Both the position numbers and the translations under genes were made by a program. Shown here one piece after another: positions 1 to 8,275 of a DNA stretch of 31,251 nt (positions within the stretch are counted from its first letter, which is position 1; each line of letters starts with the position of its first letter). The notes below the pieces were generated by a model. That model saw only the letters and a list, made by a program, of their open reading frames with translations, had not been told where the DNA came from and made no database searches. The stretch spans positions 1 through 31,251 of the IMG/VR virus record IMGVR_UViG_3300031260_000033. One strand, 5' to 3'. Source of the stretch: a virus (taxonomy: Duplodnaviria; Caudoviricetes).

Positions 1-343
1 AATATTTGATCCCCCCCCCCCCAAGGACAAAAATGTACCCAAATTATAAAAATGGGCGCACATTTAAAACACCTGCTCCCCCTATGATTACTTTATAATT
101 GCCTTTTGGCCACAACAATCTTTCAGAAATATAGGCCCACCAATCACAATCTGAGGTAATGGATACCAATATTATATCGTATTGATCTACAGTATTTTTG
201 CTTGCAAAATTAATAGAATATCCTGATCTTTCCAAAGCATCACTTATCATTAGTAACCCTGCAAAAGATCGGCTATTAAAACATTCGTTTTTATAATTTT
301 CTTTTGCATGCTTTGTATGTACGTAATTTGCTATTTTTAACAT
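1..343 (-). CDS. N-terminal part of a putative B12-binding/radical SAM protein, truncated at the window edge
   Basis: DIILVSITS...KVIIGGAGVLNVRPFL resembles the Rossmann-like B12-binding N-domain of phage radical SAM proteins. The frame continues past TAA 44-46 as FGYIFVLG into a poly-G run. The CxxxCxxC motif is not in the window. Confidence 0.55.
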
Positions 344-357
344 AATATCCCCAAAAT

Positions 358-921
358 TTAAAAATCAAATCCACATTTAGGACAATGGTTTAATTTCTCT
401 GCTGCTACCTCTGTGTTTTTTGTCTTGCTATTAATAGTATTATCTAAATCTAATGGTTGTGCTTCCGATTCACGCTTTATATTGTTTACCTCTTTTGTTT
501 TATTTGTATAATAATTTAAATCAGATTCAAGTGATGATATATTTATTTCATACCCAGTAATATTTTTTAAATCATCTTCAAGCCGCTCAAGATCAGAATC
601 TAAAATATCAAAATCAATTTCATCAAGAGTATTTAATTTATTATCTGCAATACGATACGCGCGTTTTTCATCATCAGAAAGACCAGATATTTGATCAATT
701 TCAGGGACTTTATCATACCCAAGTTCTTTAAGTGCAAAATATGTAGTGTGGCCCGTTAATATCTCAAAATTTTCATCAACAGTAATTGATGTTTTTAAAT
801 ATCCCAGTCGTTCTATTGATTTCTTTACCGCATCAATTGCGGCAGGAGTATTTTTCTTATAATTTTCAGGATTTGGGTAAATATCAGATATATTATAATC
901 TTCAAGTCTTTGTTTTTGCAT
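358..921 (-). CDS. ParB/Srx-like N-terminal domain protein with C-terminal CPKCG Zn ribbon
   Basis: PNPENYK...SIERLGY...ITVDENFEILTGHT...AYRIADNKL is the phage ParB-like signature; the protein ends HCPKCGFDF. Confidence 0.85.
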   Translation of the reverse strand: MQKQRLEDYNISDIYPNPENYKKNTPAAIDAVKKSIERLGYLKTSITVDENFEILTGHTTYFALKELGYDKVPEIDQISGLSDDEKRAYRIADNKLNTLDEIDFDILDSDLERLEDDLKNITGYEINISSLESDLNYYTNKTKEVNNIKRESEAQPLDLDNTINSKTKNTEVAAEKLNHCPKCGFDF

Positions 922-937
922 GCTGTATTATACTACG

Positions 938-957
938 CCGAAACAAATATATGTTTC
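938..957. promoter_or_regulatory. Palindromic BRE/TATA element, possibly bidirectional
   Basis: GAAACA-AATATA-TGTTTC at 940-957, with the TATA about 25-30 nt upstream of the ParB ATG on the minus strand. Confidence 0.5.
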
Positions 958-1182
958 TACGACCAACTACTACAAAGACGACTCAGGACAGCAACGCCGG
1001 GATTGTACCATTTTTTCATGCATATCCTTTTGTGACATACAACCATCAGTGCTCTTAAATCCAGGGAAAAATATACAGCGCAACCATCGAGGTAATACGA
1101 CACGCGCCTTAAATGCGTGTCAGTGACGTGCCCGGAAAGCCTGAGAATGACTCTGCAATACGTTTTTTAAAAAAAGATAAAA

Positions 1183-1374
1183 TTATTTTCTCTCTATCCA
1201 TCCGGACGATATGTGGGTATCAACATAATGATACCCTTTCGGAAGAAGCACACCGCGCAGGCATTTTGCTATCTCTTCCTGAGATTCTAAAAAAGAAGTG
1301 TCATCCGGGCAGATAATTGTAAAGCTGCCGCAGATTGTCCTATAATGGTCTTTTAGCATGCGCTTTTCGTTCAT
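1183..1374 (-). CDS. Hypothetical protein (63 aa)
   Basis: ATGA-coupled to the upstream ORF and followed by a T-rich terminator-like tract. Confidence 0.6.
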   Translation of the reverse strand: MNEKRMLKDHYRTICGSFTIICPDDTSFLESQEEIAKCLRGVLLPKGYHYVDTHISSGWIERK

Positions 1375-1964
1375 AAGACTTCAATATCTTTGCGTGGCGT
1401 CCACTGTGTAGTCTGCCCGCAGGTCACCAGGTATTCCAGATTTCCGTCATCGTTCATTGTGCTTTTAGTGATCACGCCTTCCCGGACCTCACCGAGTATT
1501 TTTACACGGACTTTTTGATCAAGCTTCAGAGGATCGGTATTTTGCCATGAAAGTTTTCCTTCGCGCCTGAGTTTATTCCATCTGGATTTAATGGACTCTT
1601 TACTGCGCGAGTATTTGTGATGCAGATCATTGTACCCACGCACTGCATCTAATGCAGTATTGTATTTTTTGATCTCATCAAGTTCCCATCCTTCCCATGC
1701 AAGGCCCTTTGAGCACTTGCGCGGCGTTGTGGTCTGATGCTCAATCTGCGTGGTCTTTGTGATTTTATGTTCCGGCACTACATACGCCGCAGGCTCATCA
1801 GTAGTCTGTTCCGGTTCGGTTGTTTTTTCCGGACCAAATATCTTAGCGCATGCAATCGCAATATTGCGCGGATTCGCCGAATCTATTTCAATTACCAGCT
1901 CTGTCTTATCTGCCTGCATATTGGCAGTGTAGCCAAGTAGTTTTACGTTTAAATTGTCTTTCAT
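1371..1964 (-). CDS. Hypothetical protein with SANT/Myb-like HTH and C-terminal SH3/Tudor-like barrel
   Basis: WEGWELDEIKK...RSKESIKSRWNKL, then LDQKVRVKILGEVREGVI...YLV...WTPRKDIEVL. AGGAGG RBS; ATGA coupling. Confidence 0.6.
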   Translation of the reverse strand: MKDNLNVKLLGYTANMQADKTELVIEIDSANPRNIAIACAKIFGPEKTTEPEQTTDEPAAYVVPEHKITKTTQIEHQTTTPRKCSKGLAWEGWELDEIKKYNTALDAVRGYNDLHHKYSRSKESIKSRWNKLRREGKLSWQNTDPLKLDQKVRVKILGEVREGVITKSTMNDDGNLEYLVTCGQTTQWTPRKDIEVL

Positions 1965-2293
1965 AATCTTAATCCTCCTGTTGTGTACCTTTGAAATCCT
2001 GTGTTGTCAGAATATGTTACAATTGGCGGCAATGGATCAAACAATGAATTTTTAGTCCGCTCTAAAAATAACTCCCTGCGCAGCTCAGAAACTTCTTTTT
2101 GCAGGCGATCCACAATATCCTGCATTTTTTCCAGGTCTGTTTTTGTTAGTTCTGCATATTCTGTTTTAAGCATATTTAAGCTGCTTTTTAACGCAGAATC
2201 GTTAGGGTAATCTTTGATTAATCGCTCTGTGTGTCTTATTAATTCAAGCATCCCGTTAGCTTTAGATTTATCATCTTTGAATTTCACATTCAT
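1961..2293 (-). CDS. Hypothetical coiled-coil protein
   Basis: 110 aa ORF with a heptad segment (LEKMQDIVDRLQKEVSEL), ATGA-coupled at both ends. Confidence 0.7.
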   Translation of the reverse strand: MNVKFKDDKSKANGMLELIRHTERLIKDYPNDSALKSSLNMLKTEYAELTKTDLEKMQDIVDRLQKEVSELRRELFLERTKNSLFDPLPPIVTYSDNTGFQRYTTGGLRL

Positions 2294-2436
2294 TTCAGAT
2301 CATCTCCTTCCTTAATACATTCTCGCAGCACAAAATCATGCCACGTGTTCGACTCGCTGTTCTTTTTCGCCTGCTCAAGGCGCTTGAATTCACTTTCAGT
2401 GAATACAATATTCACATTCCTAAGGCGTTCTGCCAT
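2290..2436 (-). CDS. Ribbon-helix-helix (CopG-like) regulator, 48 aa, not in the ORF track
   Basis: Hand translation MAERLRNVNIVFTESEFKRLEQAKKNSESNTWHDFVLRECIKEGDDLK gives a strand-helix-helix pattern; ATGA overlap with the next gene. Confidence 0.75.
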   Translation of the reverse strand: MAERLRNVNIVFTESEFKRLEQAKKNSESNTWHDFVLRECIKEGDDLK

Positions 2437-2512
2437 ACTATCTGTTATGTAATTTCTACTATATCAAACTATCATAGATAGATATATATGCAATACAGAT
2501 CAATTATGTAGC
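2437..2512. promoter_or_regulatory. Divergent promoter region
   Basis: 76-bp AT-rich spacer between oppositely oriented ATGs; GATATATATG lies about 25-30 nt upstream of 2513. Confidence 0.55.
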
Positions 2513-2998
2513 ATGGTAGTAAACTATCACAGGCAGGCATTCGCCCTGCAGGAAGAACTGAACGCGGTAGAAAAGGAAATCAAACGCCTGAATAAACTAA
2601 AAAAAGAGTATTCCGGAAAGCTTGAACTATGTATCGAAAGCGCAAAGGCCACCGGACAGCGCGAGTTCAATGGCTACAAACTAAAGGACATCACAAAGAC
2701 GCGCAACAGCAATGTGATCTTAATTGACAAGATCAAAGCAGAGCGCCCGGAAATCTTGTGGAACATCGGCACGTATGCAATGCCGGCAGAGGACGTCGCA
2801 TGGACTGAAGAACTAAAAGCGCGGTACCTTGACGGATACGATTACAGCAGCCACTACACCCTACTACTCGGACAGCTTGACGACTATCTCGGCAAGAAAG
2901 CCGCGGAAGACTACAAAGAACAGGTAGCGACCGTTACAATTACCACAGTCGTTGAGCGCGTTGAGAATAAGCCGGAAGATATTATTGAGTGTGATTGA
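2513..2998 (+). CDS. Hypothetical protein with N-terminal coiled coil (Gp157/Gam-like architecture, unconfirmed)
   Basis: 161 aa, charged helical N-terminus, no competing minus-strand gene. Confidence 0.75.
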   Translation: MVVNYHRQAFALQEELNAVEKEIKRLNKLKKEYSGKLELCIESAKATGQREFNGYKLKDITKTRNSNVILIDKIKAERPEILWNIGTYAMPAEDVAWTEELKARYLDGYDYSSHYTLLLGQLDDYLGKKAAEDYKEQVATVTITTVVERVENKPEDIIECD

Positions 2999-2999
2999 A

Positions 3000-3317
3000 A
3001 TGGCATTCAACATATTTACTGACTCCGACACACATTATTTGTGTGACATATATAAAATTGCAAAACTAATCCGCAAGCACCGCAAAGCCGCGCGCATGAT
3101 CGGCAAGCAGAAAAAACTGCTTGTATCGCTTGCAAAGCGAAACGCGAAGCTTCAGAAGGACAACAATTTCCTGCAAAATGAACTTGCAAAAGGCAGAAAC
3201 AAACACGAAGTCAACGAAAAAAGAGAAAAAGAGATTATTAAAATGCAAATTGAACTAATAAATAAAGACGGTGAGATCAAAGCGCTCAAATGGGCGCTTC
3301 AGAATCTCCGGAACTAA
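3000..3317 (+). CDS. Basic coiled-coil hypothetical protein
   Basis: Likely start is ATG 3000, 1 nt after the upstream stop; a T7 tract follows at about 3322-3328. Confidence 0.7.
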   Translation: MAFNIFTDSDTHYLCDIYKIAKLIRKHRKAARMIGKQKKLLVSLAKRNAKLQKDNNFLQNELAKGRNKHEVNEKREKEIIKMQIELINKDGEIKALKWALQNLRN

Positions 3318-3459
3318 TCTCTTTTTTTGCCTGATTCGCCCCGGCAATATATGCCAGAGTAATCAGCGCGTCTGAAACTTCGTTTAACGTCATGTTGCCT
3401 GACGTATTATAGATCGGCTGTCCGTTCTCTTCTGATTTTGTTATTGTGAAATGTTTCAT
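3286..3459 (-). CDS. Small hypothetical protein (57 aa) closing the tail operon, not in the ORF track
   Basis: MKHFTITKSEENGQPIYNTSGNMTLNEVSDALITLAYIAGANQAKKEISSGDSEAPI; GAGGA RBS immediately after the Tal stop. Confidence 0.6.
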   Translation of the reverse strand: MKHFTITKSEENGQPIYNTSGNMTLNEVSDALITLAYIAGANQAKKEISSGDSEAPI

Positions 3460-3468
3460 ATTATTTCC

Positions 3469-6048
3469 TCAATTTAACTTAGTGGCTGTTGTGCCGTCCC
3501 AATAATATAGATCGTTCCCGCTGCGATATATATAATGTGACGTATCCCCAAACTCAATTCTTCCATTGCCCGACGCCCCCGTCATAGTTAGATCTCCTCC
3601 ACATTCTAATTCGTCACATGAAATATCGTCACAGTTAATATCGTCGCAATTAAAATCTCCTGTGAAGGTTGTTGATGATCCAAGAGCAACGGTGGCGCTG
3701 TTTATAGATATTCTGCGCGTGGAATTTGATGTTGCAAAATATGCAGATGATCCGGTCTGAATACACTGAATACCGTCTGTTGATGCCGTGAAATTATATG
3801 CCCCTAGTGCAGTTCCTATATTAAAAGTTCCATCTTCTAACCTGGTATAATATGTATCATCAATTAAAATGTAATTATATCCTACTCCTTTTATATCAAT
3901 TGTGCCGCACGATATAGTGCCATTTACGGTAATGGTTTGTCCAGATCCTACAGTGCACGCCGTAAGCGTGCCCTGGATATCAAACGAAGATTCAGAATTG
4001 TCCCATTTTGCCCCTGCGCCCCCAGAATAATCCCCAATTATTACGTCGCCAACATCAGTCCCCCCCACGAGCGCTTTAAATACGTCGTTTGCAGAACTAT
4101 CCACAATCTGGATACCTGTGTTTGTATCCGGAAAAATTCTAACGCGCGCACCGCTTGCAGCTGAGTTATATTTCCCACCAAGATCTGCCACCTTATCAGA
4201 CGGGTCATATCCGGATGCAAACGTGGTAGATCCAGTAATTTCAATTAGATTTCCGGAAATCTGCACGCCTTCAGAACTTAGATTTATGGTTGATACAATA
4301 TTCTCGGTATTTGCAAATTCCGTAAATACCCATGACGCGCCATCATATCTATATGTTTTATTGTCATCGTTTGTGTCAATCCAGATATCTCCAGTCTTTA
4401 TATCTTCTGTAGGTGTATCATCCTGAGAGTAAGTATTATTTCCCTGCGCGGTTATGCTAATTTTATTTGCATTAATAACTAAGCCTTCCTCTTCGGATGC
4501 GTTGATTGTCGCAATTACATTTGTATTTTCTCCGCCAATAACTGGCACAAAATTAAGTTCTGATGTTGTAATTGTGTTTGCCGTAATATTTCCGCCGTCG
4601 ATTGTAGTTGTTCCGCCGGTAACCCAATCCTGAACCACAAATGTTCCAAGGACTGTAACCTGCCCCGCGCCGATCTGAGTTGCCACAGACTGTGATATAT
4701 CCTGAATACTTAGAATCTCCCCAAACAGATTAGAAATATCGTTCTTAATCGTAGATAATTCTACCTGGATATTTTCAGGCGCCTGCAAGTTTAATGTTAT
4801 ACTTACAATTGCTGTATTTACATCCACATTAAGAAGATCGTCAATCACGCGCACGCGAGTATCAAGTCCGAGCGACTCAAGAGAATAATCATATCCGGCC
4901 ACATCTGCAAGATTCAGAACATCAACAGAATACTGATATGGCGGATCTTTTTGTGCTTCAAGAATCTGAATTGCATATTTGATCAGTGTGATCGGATGTG
5001 TGGTGGATTTGTCTATGTATTTCCGAGCACGAACGCCGTATGTGGCCTGACTTGCAGTGTCTTCAATATAATCATTAGTAAGCGGATTTTGAATATTCGC
5101 AGAAACTGTGCCGTATTCTATCAATCCAAGCGGGGCATCTTGAGCAATTCTATTCCCTATCGGAATTGTTGATGTTGATCTGGTTTTATAATATATTATG
5201 TACCCTGCCGCATCTCCGCCAGAAAATGTGCCCGAAACAAGGACATGATCTACAACAGTAATATCTGTTATAAAAGATCCGCCACTATAAACATACGCTG
5301 TACCTGCAACCGGCTCTGTCGATCCGTCTGTGAATTTTACCGTCGCAAGATACTCATTATAACTGCTTAAATTAATCCGTGCATCGCCCTCCCCGTTACC
5401 ATACGCATAGACGCGATTTACAAGGCTTTGATATTGTGGGGTATAACTGATCGCCTTAAGATTTTTTGAGCGCCTTATTTGCCTCACAGGATCGCCTGTG
5501 TTGTCATTATACCAGTTAAGACGGTATAAACTATCAACTTCGAACCATCCACCATACGCAGATCGAATATTATTCAGAACAGAATATATGTCTGAAGACT
5601 CTGCCGCAATTGCAATAGTTTGTGTCGGCTCAATTGTGCCCACAGTGATCGCGGGCGTGTTCACCTGGAATGCAAGTAATTCAGTAATGACTGTCTCAAA
5701 CGCTTTTCCCGCGTCTGTTGTATCATATGTATCGACATATTCTTCAGAAAGGCGCGTTAATATTCCCTGATATGTTGCTTTGATTAACAATTCAGAATCA
5801 GAATCTATGATTTCAGGATCGTAAAGTCTGAAGATGCTGTGTTCATATGCTGCTTTTTCAGTGTTCCAAATTTTAAGATAATATTGTGGATTTATAAATT
5901 CTGATTTATCGCAATCCTGCGGAATCGTAATTGATACAGTAGGCGCGCCGTATTTCTCAAGATTTAGTTCAGCAGAAATTAATATTTCGCCCTGCAAAAT
6001 AGCAACACGCTCACCAGACGAATTAAATAGATCTAACCTATATGTCAT
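3469..6048 (-). CDS. Tail tip/baseplate hub protein (Tal, prophage endopeptidase-tail family) with C-terminal fibre
   Basis: NLKAISYT...LVNRVYAYGNG, DYIED...YGVR and LGLDTRVRVIDDLLNVD...IVSI are Tal-type motifs; GDIWIDTNDDNKTYRYDGASW is a fibre knob motif. Confidence 0.85.
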   Translation of the reverse strand: MTYRLDLFNSSGERVAILQGEILISAELNLEKYGAPTVSITIPQDCDKSEFINPQYYLKIWNTEKAAYEHSIFRLYDPEIIDSDSELLIKATYQGILTRLSEEYVDTYDTTDAGKAFETVITELLAFQVNTPAITVGTIEPTQTIAIAAESSDIYSVLNNIRSAYGGWFEVDSLYRLNWYNDNTGDPVRQIRRSKNLKAISYTPQYQSLVNRVYAYGNGEGDARINLSSYNEYLATVKFTDGSTEPVAGTAYVYSGGSFITDITVVDHVLVSGTFSGGDAAGYIIYYKTRSTSTIPIGNRIAQDAPLGLIEYGTVSANIQNPLTNDYIEDTASQATYGVRARKYIDKSTTHPITLIKYAIQILEAQKDPPYQYSVDVLNLADVAGYDYSLESLGLDTRVRVIDDLLNVDVNTAIVSITLNLQAPENIQVELSTIKNDISNLFGEILSIQDISQSVATQIGAGQVTVLGTFVVQDWVTGGTTTIDGGNITANTITTSELNFVPVIGGENTNVIATINASEEEGLVINANKISITAQGNNTYSQDDTPTEDIKTGDIWIDTNDDNKTYRYDGASWVFTEFANTENIVSTINLSSEGVQISGNLIEITGSTTFASGYDPSDKVADLGGKYNSAASGARVRIFPDTNTGIQIVDSSANDVFKALVGGTDVGDVIIGDYSGGAGAKWDNSESSFDIQGTLTACTVGSGQTITVNGTISCGTIDIKGVGYNYILIDDTYYTRLEDGTFNIGTALGAYNFTASTDGIQCIQTGSSAYFATSNSTRRISINSATVALGSSTTFTGDFNCDDINCDDISCDELECGGDLTMTGASGNGRIEFGDTSHYIYRSGNDLYYWDGTTATKLN

Positions 6049-6522
6049 TTACCAGAACCCTTCTCCTACATATTTATAATTTTCTGCCAGATAATCCCCA
6101 ATACCATCAACAATATGCCCATCAAACACAAGCCAATCATGCTTCTCTCCGGCAAAATATCCATGTGCGCGCTTAATGTCTGTAATTCCTACAATTAAAC
6201 ACATCTTCTGAATTAGATGCGCGTAATCTGTACAATCCCCAGATTTATCTTTCCAAATGTCATCAATTAAACGCGGCCAATAATATCTTTTATATGTCAT
6301 ATTTGCGCGCACCCAAAGTTTAATATTTTTAACCGTTCTTGGCGCTACTAAAAAAAAACCGTTTGGGGTATAACTTACGAGAGATAATGCAACATCTTCA
6401 ATAGTTTTTGGAGTATTCTCTTTTTTTGCTGATGCTATTATCTCTTTTTGTTCCTTTATTTCTTCTTTAACCTCTGGATTCTGCCTTAAAAAAATAGAAT
6501 TGATCCAAGTCCAAAAAGACAT
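6049..6522 (-). CDS. Transglutaminase-like (Cys-His-Asp) putative peptidase
   Basis: SGDCTDYA...HDW...IVDG catalytic-triad spacing. Confidence 0.75.
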   Translation of the reverse strand: MSFWTWINSIFLRQNPEVKEEIKEQKEIIASAKKENTPKTIEDVALSLVSYTPNGFFLVAPRTVKNIKLWVRANMTYKRYYWPRLIDDIWKDKSGDCTDYAHLIQKMCLIVGITDIKRAHGYFAGEKHDWLVFDGHIVDGIGDYLAENYKYVGEGFW

Positions 6523-6704
6523 TATTCTTCCTCTTCGATCTCTTCCGGATGCTCAGAAATATATGCTGCGTTAACTGTTTCAAAGTCTGTGATTTCATAT
6601 CCTGAAACATCGCGCGCAGAATTTATTTCATATGTCCAATCAACATAATAAATGTTGTGTGTGTTTGGCTTACCGCCAATTGTTACAAATCTAATTTCAG
6701 TCAT
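6522..6704 (-). CDS. Small acidic protein, possible fibre chaperone
   Basis: 60 aa directly after the fibre gene, TAATG-coupled to the next gene. Confidence 0.6.
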   Translation of the reverse strand: MTEIRFVTIGGKPNTHNIYYVDWTYEINSARDVSGYEITDFETVNAAYISEHPEEIEEEE

Positions 6705-6713
6705 TTTAATATC

Positions 6714-7592
6714 TCAAAACTTATTTAAATATGGGCTTAATAACGGAGCGATTGGAAGTGTTGGGAATCCGGGGGTTGTAATTAATACAGTTGTAGGATT
6801 GCACGGCACGCAATATATCTTGCCATTGGGAGCTAAGACCGCGCCACGCCATTTATCTGTGCCTGTCAATCCCGTTATTGTGGTCGTGTCTGCGGTATCC
6901 GTTGCAGGATCGATGATTAAGACAGTTGTCGAATTATACGGCACGCAATATATCTTGCCATTGGGGGCTAAGACCGCGCCATACCATTTTGATGTGCCTG
7001 TCAATCCCGTTATTGTAGTCGTGTCTGCGGTATCCGTTGCAGGGTCGATAATTAATACAGTTGTAGAATTGCACGGCACGCAATATATCTTGCCATTGGG
7101 GGCTAAGACCGCGCCAACCCATTTATATGTGTCACTACTCAACCCGGTTATTGTTGTCGTGTCTGCAACGTCCCAAATTGGAACATAAGGTTGCAAATCT
7201 TTTAAATACGTTAGCTCATGATGGATTTGCGTAAGCTGTTGCGCGGTATTAACCGATGCGATCTTTGTCCCGATTGGCCATTCTCGTGCCGCGCCGATCG
7301 TTGCAGATGCTCCAACCGCGCGCGTTACTGTTAAGTTTCCCGCTCCTGTTGCCGCACTAATTCCCGTAATTCTAACCGTTTCAGGATAAGTATAATCTGC
7401 ATTATCTGGCCCTAAAACTGCCAAAACTGGATTTATTTCAGATACATCAGTATGTGTCCATCCATCAGGAATAAAATACTGACACGCATCCACACCAATT
7501 GTAGTTCCGCCAATTGCAAGCGGGTTATTTGTGATTGTCGCCTCCGGACTGTTCTGAACCGGAGGAAAATATCTATTGTTTTTACCTATCAT
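6714..7592 (-). CDS. Tail fibre/receptor-binding protein with three beta-propeller-like blades
   Basis: N-terminal attachment-type motif (ETVRITGI...LTVTRAVG...AREWPIGT); three KWxGAVLAPNGKIYCVP repeats. Confidence 0.75.
   Translation of the reverse strand: MIGKNNRYFPPVQNSPEATITNNPLAIGGTTIGVDACQYFIPDGWTHTDVSEINPVLAVLGPDNADYTYPETVRITGISAATGAGNLTVTRAVGASATIGAAREWPIGTKIASVNTAQQLTQIHHELTYLKDLQPYVPIWDVADTTTITGLSSDTYKWVGAVLAPNGKIYCVPCNSTTVLIIDPATDTADTTTITGLTGTSKWYGAVLAPNGKIYCVPYNSTTVLIIDPATDTADTTTITGLTGTDKWRGAVLAPNGKIYCVPCNPTTVLITTPGFPTLPIAPLLSPYLNKF
6781..7166. repeat. 135-bp (45-aa) tandem repeat, about 2.9 copies
   Basis: Units start at 6781, 6916 and 7051 (ATTAA(T/G)ACAGTTGT...CGGCACGCAATATATCTTGCCATTGGG). 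Confidence 0.95.
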
Positions 7593-7594
7593 TA

Positions 7595-8275
7595 TTAAAT
7601 ACTCCTATCTCTGCGCGTTACTATAACCTTCACTGTTCGCGCGCTTTCGGAATCAGTATAAGTTACTGTGTTATCTCCAGACATAATTTCAGGAAAATTG
7701 CCTGTAAATTTGTCTATTGCGTTTACTCCGCCCAGCAACACAGTATATTTTATCCCGTCAATGCACACGCGCTCTCCAACTGCAAGATCGCCAGAAAATA
7801 CCATCGATATAACATTATATATCTTATCTGTTATTTCTGTTGACGACACTGTTTTTGACGTGCCGATCACAAAGAATATACTGTCTGCTGCGCATTCGGT
7901 GGAAGAAATGGTATTTGATTCTGCCAAACAATACAGCACGCTGCCGAAATCATCGCGGTTGTGGGGCTGAGTATTGAATCCCCCGCGCACGTTTGTGAGT
8001 TCATCGATAATTCTATCGATAACAAATGTTGATGTAACACTTGAAGATTCGCCAGAAGTTGTGAAATCAAACGCGCGTGAAAACGTTATCGAATTAAACT
8101 TTCCGCGATTAAATCCGGTGTGTTTGGAATAATTTGTATTAATAATCCTATCAATTACAATTGTTGATGATACGCTCGACGATTCGCCAGACGTGGAAAA
8201 CTCGAAAGTATCGCCAAATTCATCACGATTTAAAACGCTTCTATTAAATCCGGCAGCACCGCGCGAGAAAGACAT
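7595..8275 (-). CDS. Tail protein: three 45-aa GFN repeats plus a Dit C-terminal-like domain
   Basis: GFNRSVLNRD / GFNRGKFNSI / GFNTQPHNRD at 45-aa spacing; C-terminus GDLAVGERVCIDGIKYTV...FPEIMSGDNTVTY. Confidence 0.7.
   Translation of the reverse strand: MSFSRGAAGFNRSVLNRDEFGDTFEFSTSGESSSVSSTIVIDRIINTNYSKHTGFNRGKFNSITFSRAFDFTTSGESSSVTSTFVIDRIIDELTNVRGGFNTQPHNRDDFGSVLYCLAESNTISSTECAADSIFFVIGTSKTVSSTEITDKIYNVISMVFSGDLAVGERVCIDGIKYTVLLGGVNAIDKFTGNFPEIMSGDNTVTYTDSESARTVKVIVTRRDRSI

Noticed and set aside
1-46. In-frame TAA and poly-G(C) run ending the radical-SAM-like ORF, as stop recoding or phase variation
   Set aside because: It lies in the last 46 nt of the window next to a long homopolymer, and TAA is the normal stop elsewhere. 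A low-quality contig end is the simplest explanation.
920-1316. Short plus-strand ORFs of 67-68 aa
   Set aside because: They have no RBS or motifs and overlap promoter/terminator elements and a coupled minus-strand gene.
6350-6358. A9 tract in the peptidase gene (also C8 at 26880-26887 and A8 at 27911-27918) as phase-variation sites
   Set aside because: All reading frames are intact, and a single sequence gives no evidence of length variation.
6781-7166. 135-bp repeats as DGR template/variable repeats or a CRISPR array
   Set aside because: They are contiguous in-frame coding repeats with no spacers, differences are not confined to adenines, and no reverse transcriptase or cas gene is in the window.
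6781-8255. Same 45-aa period in two adjacent tail genes
   Set aside because: The two repeat families share no sequence similarity; treated as coincidence.
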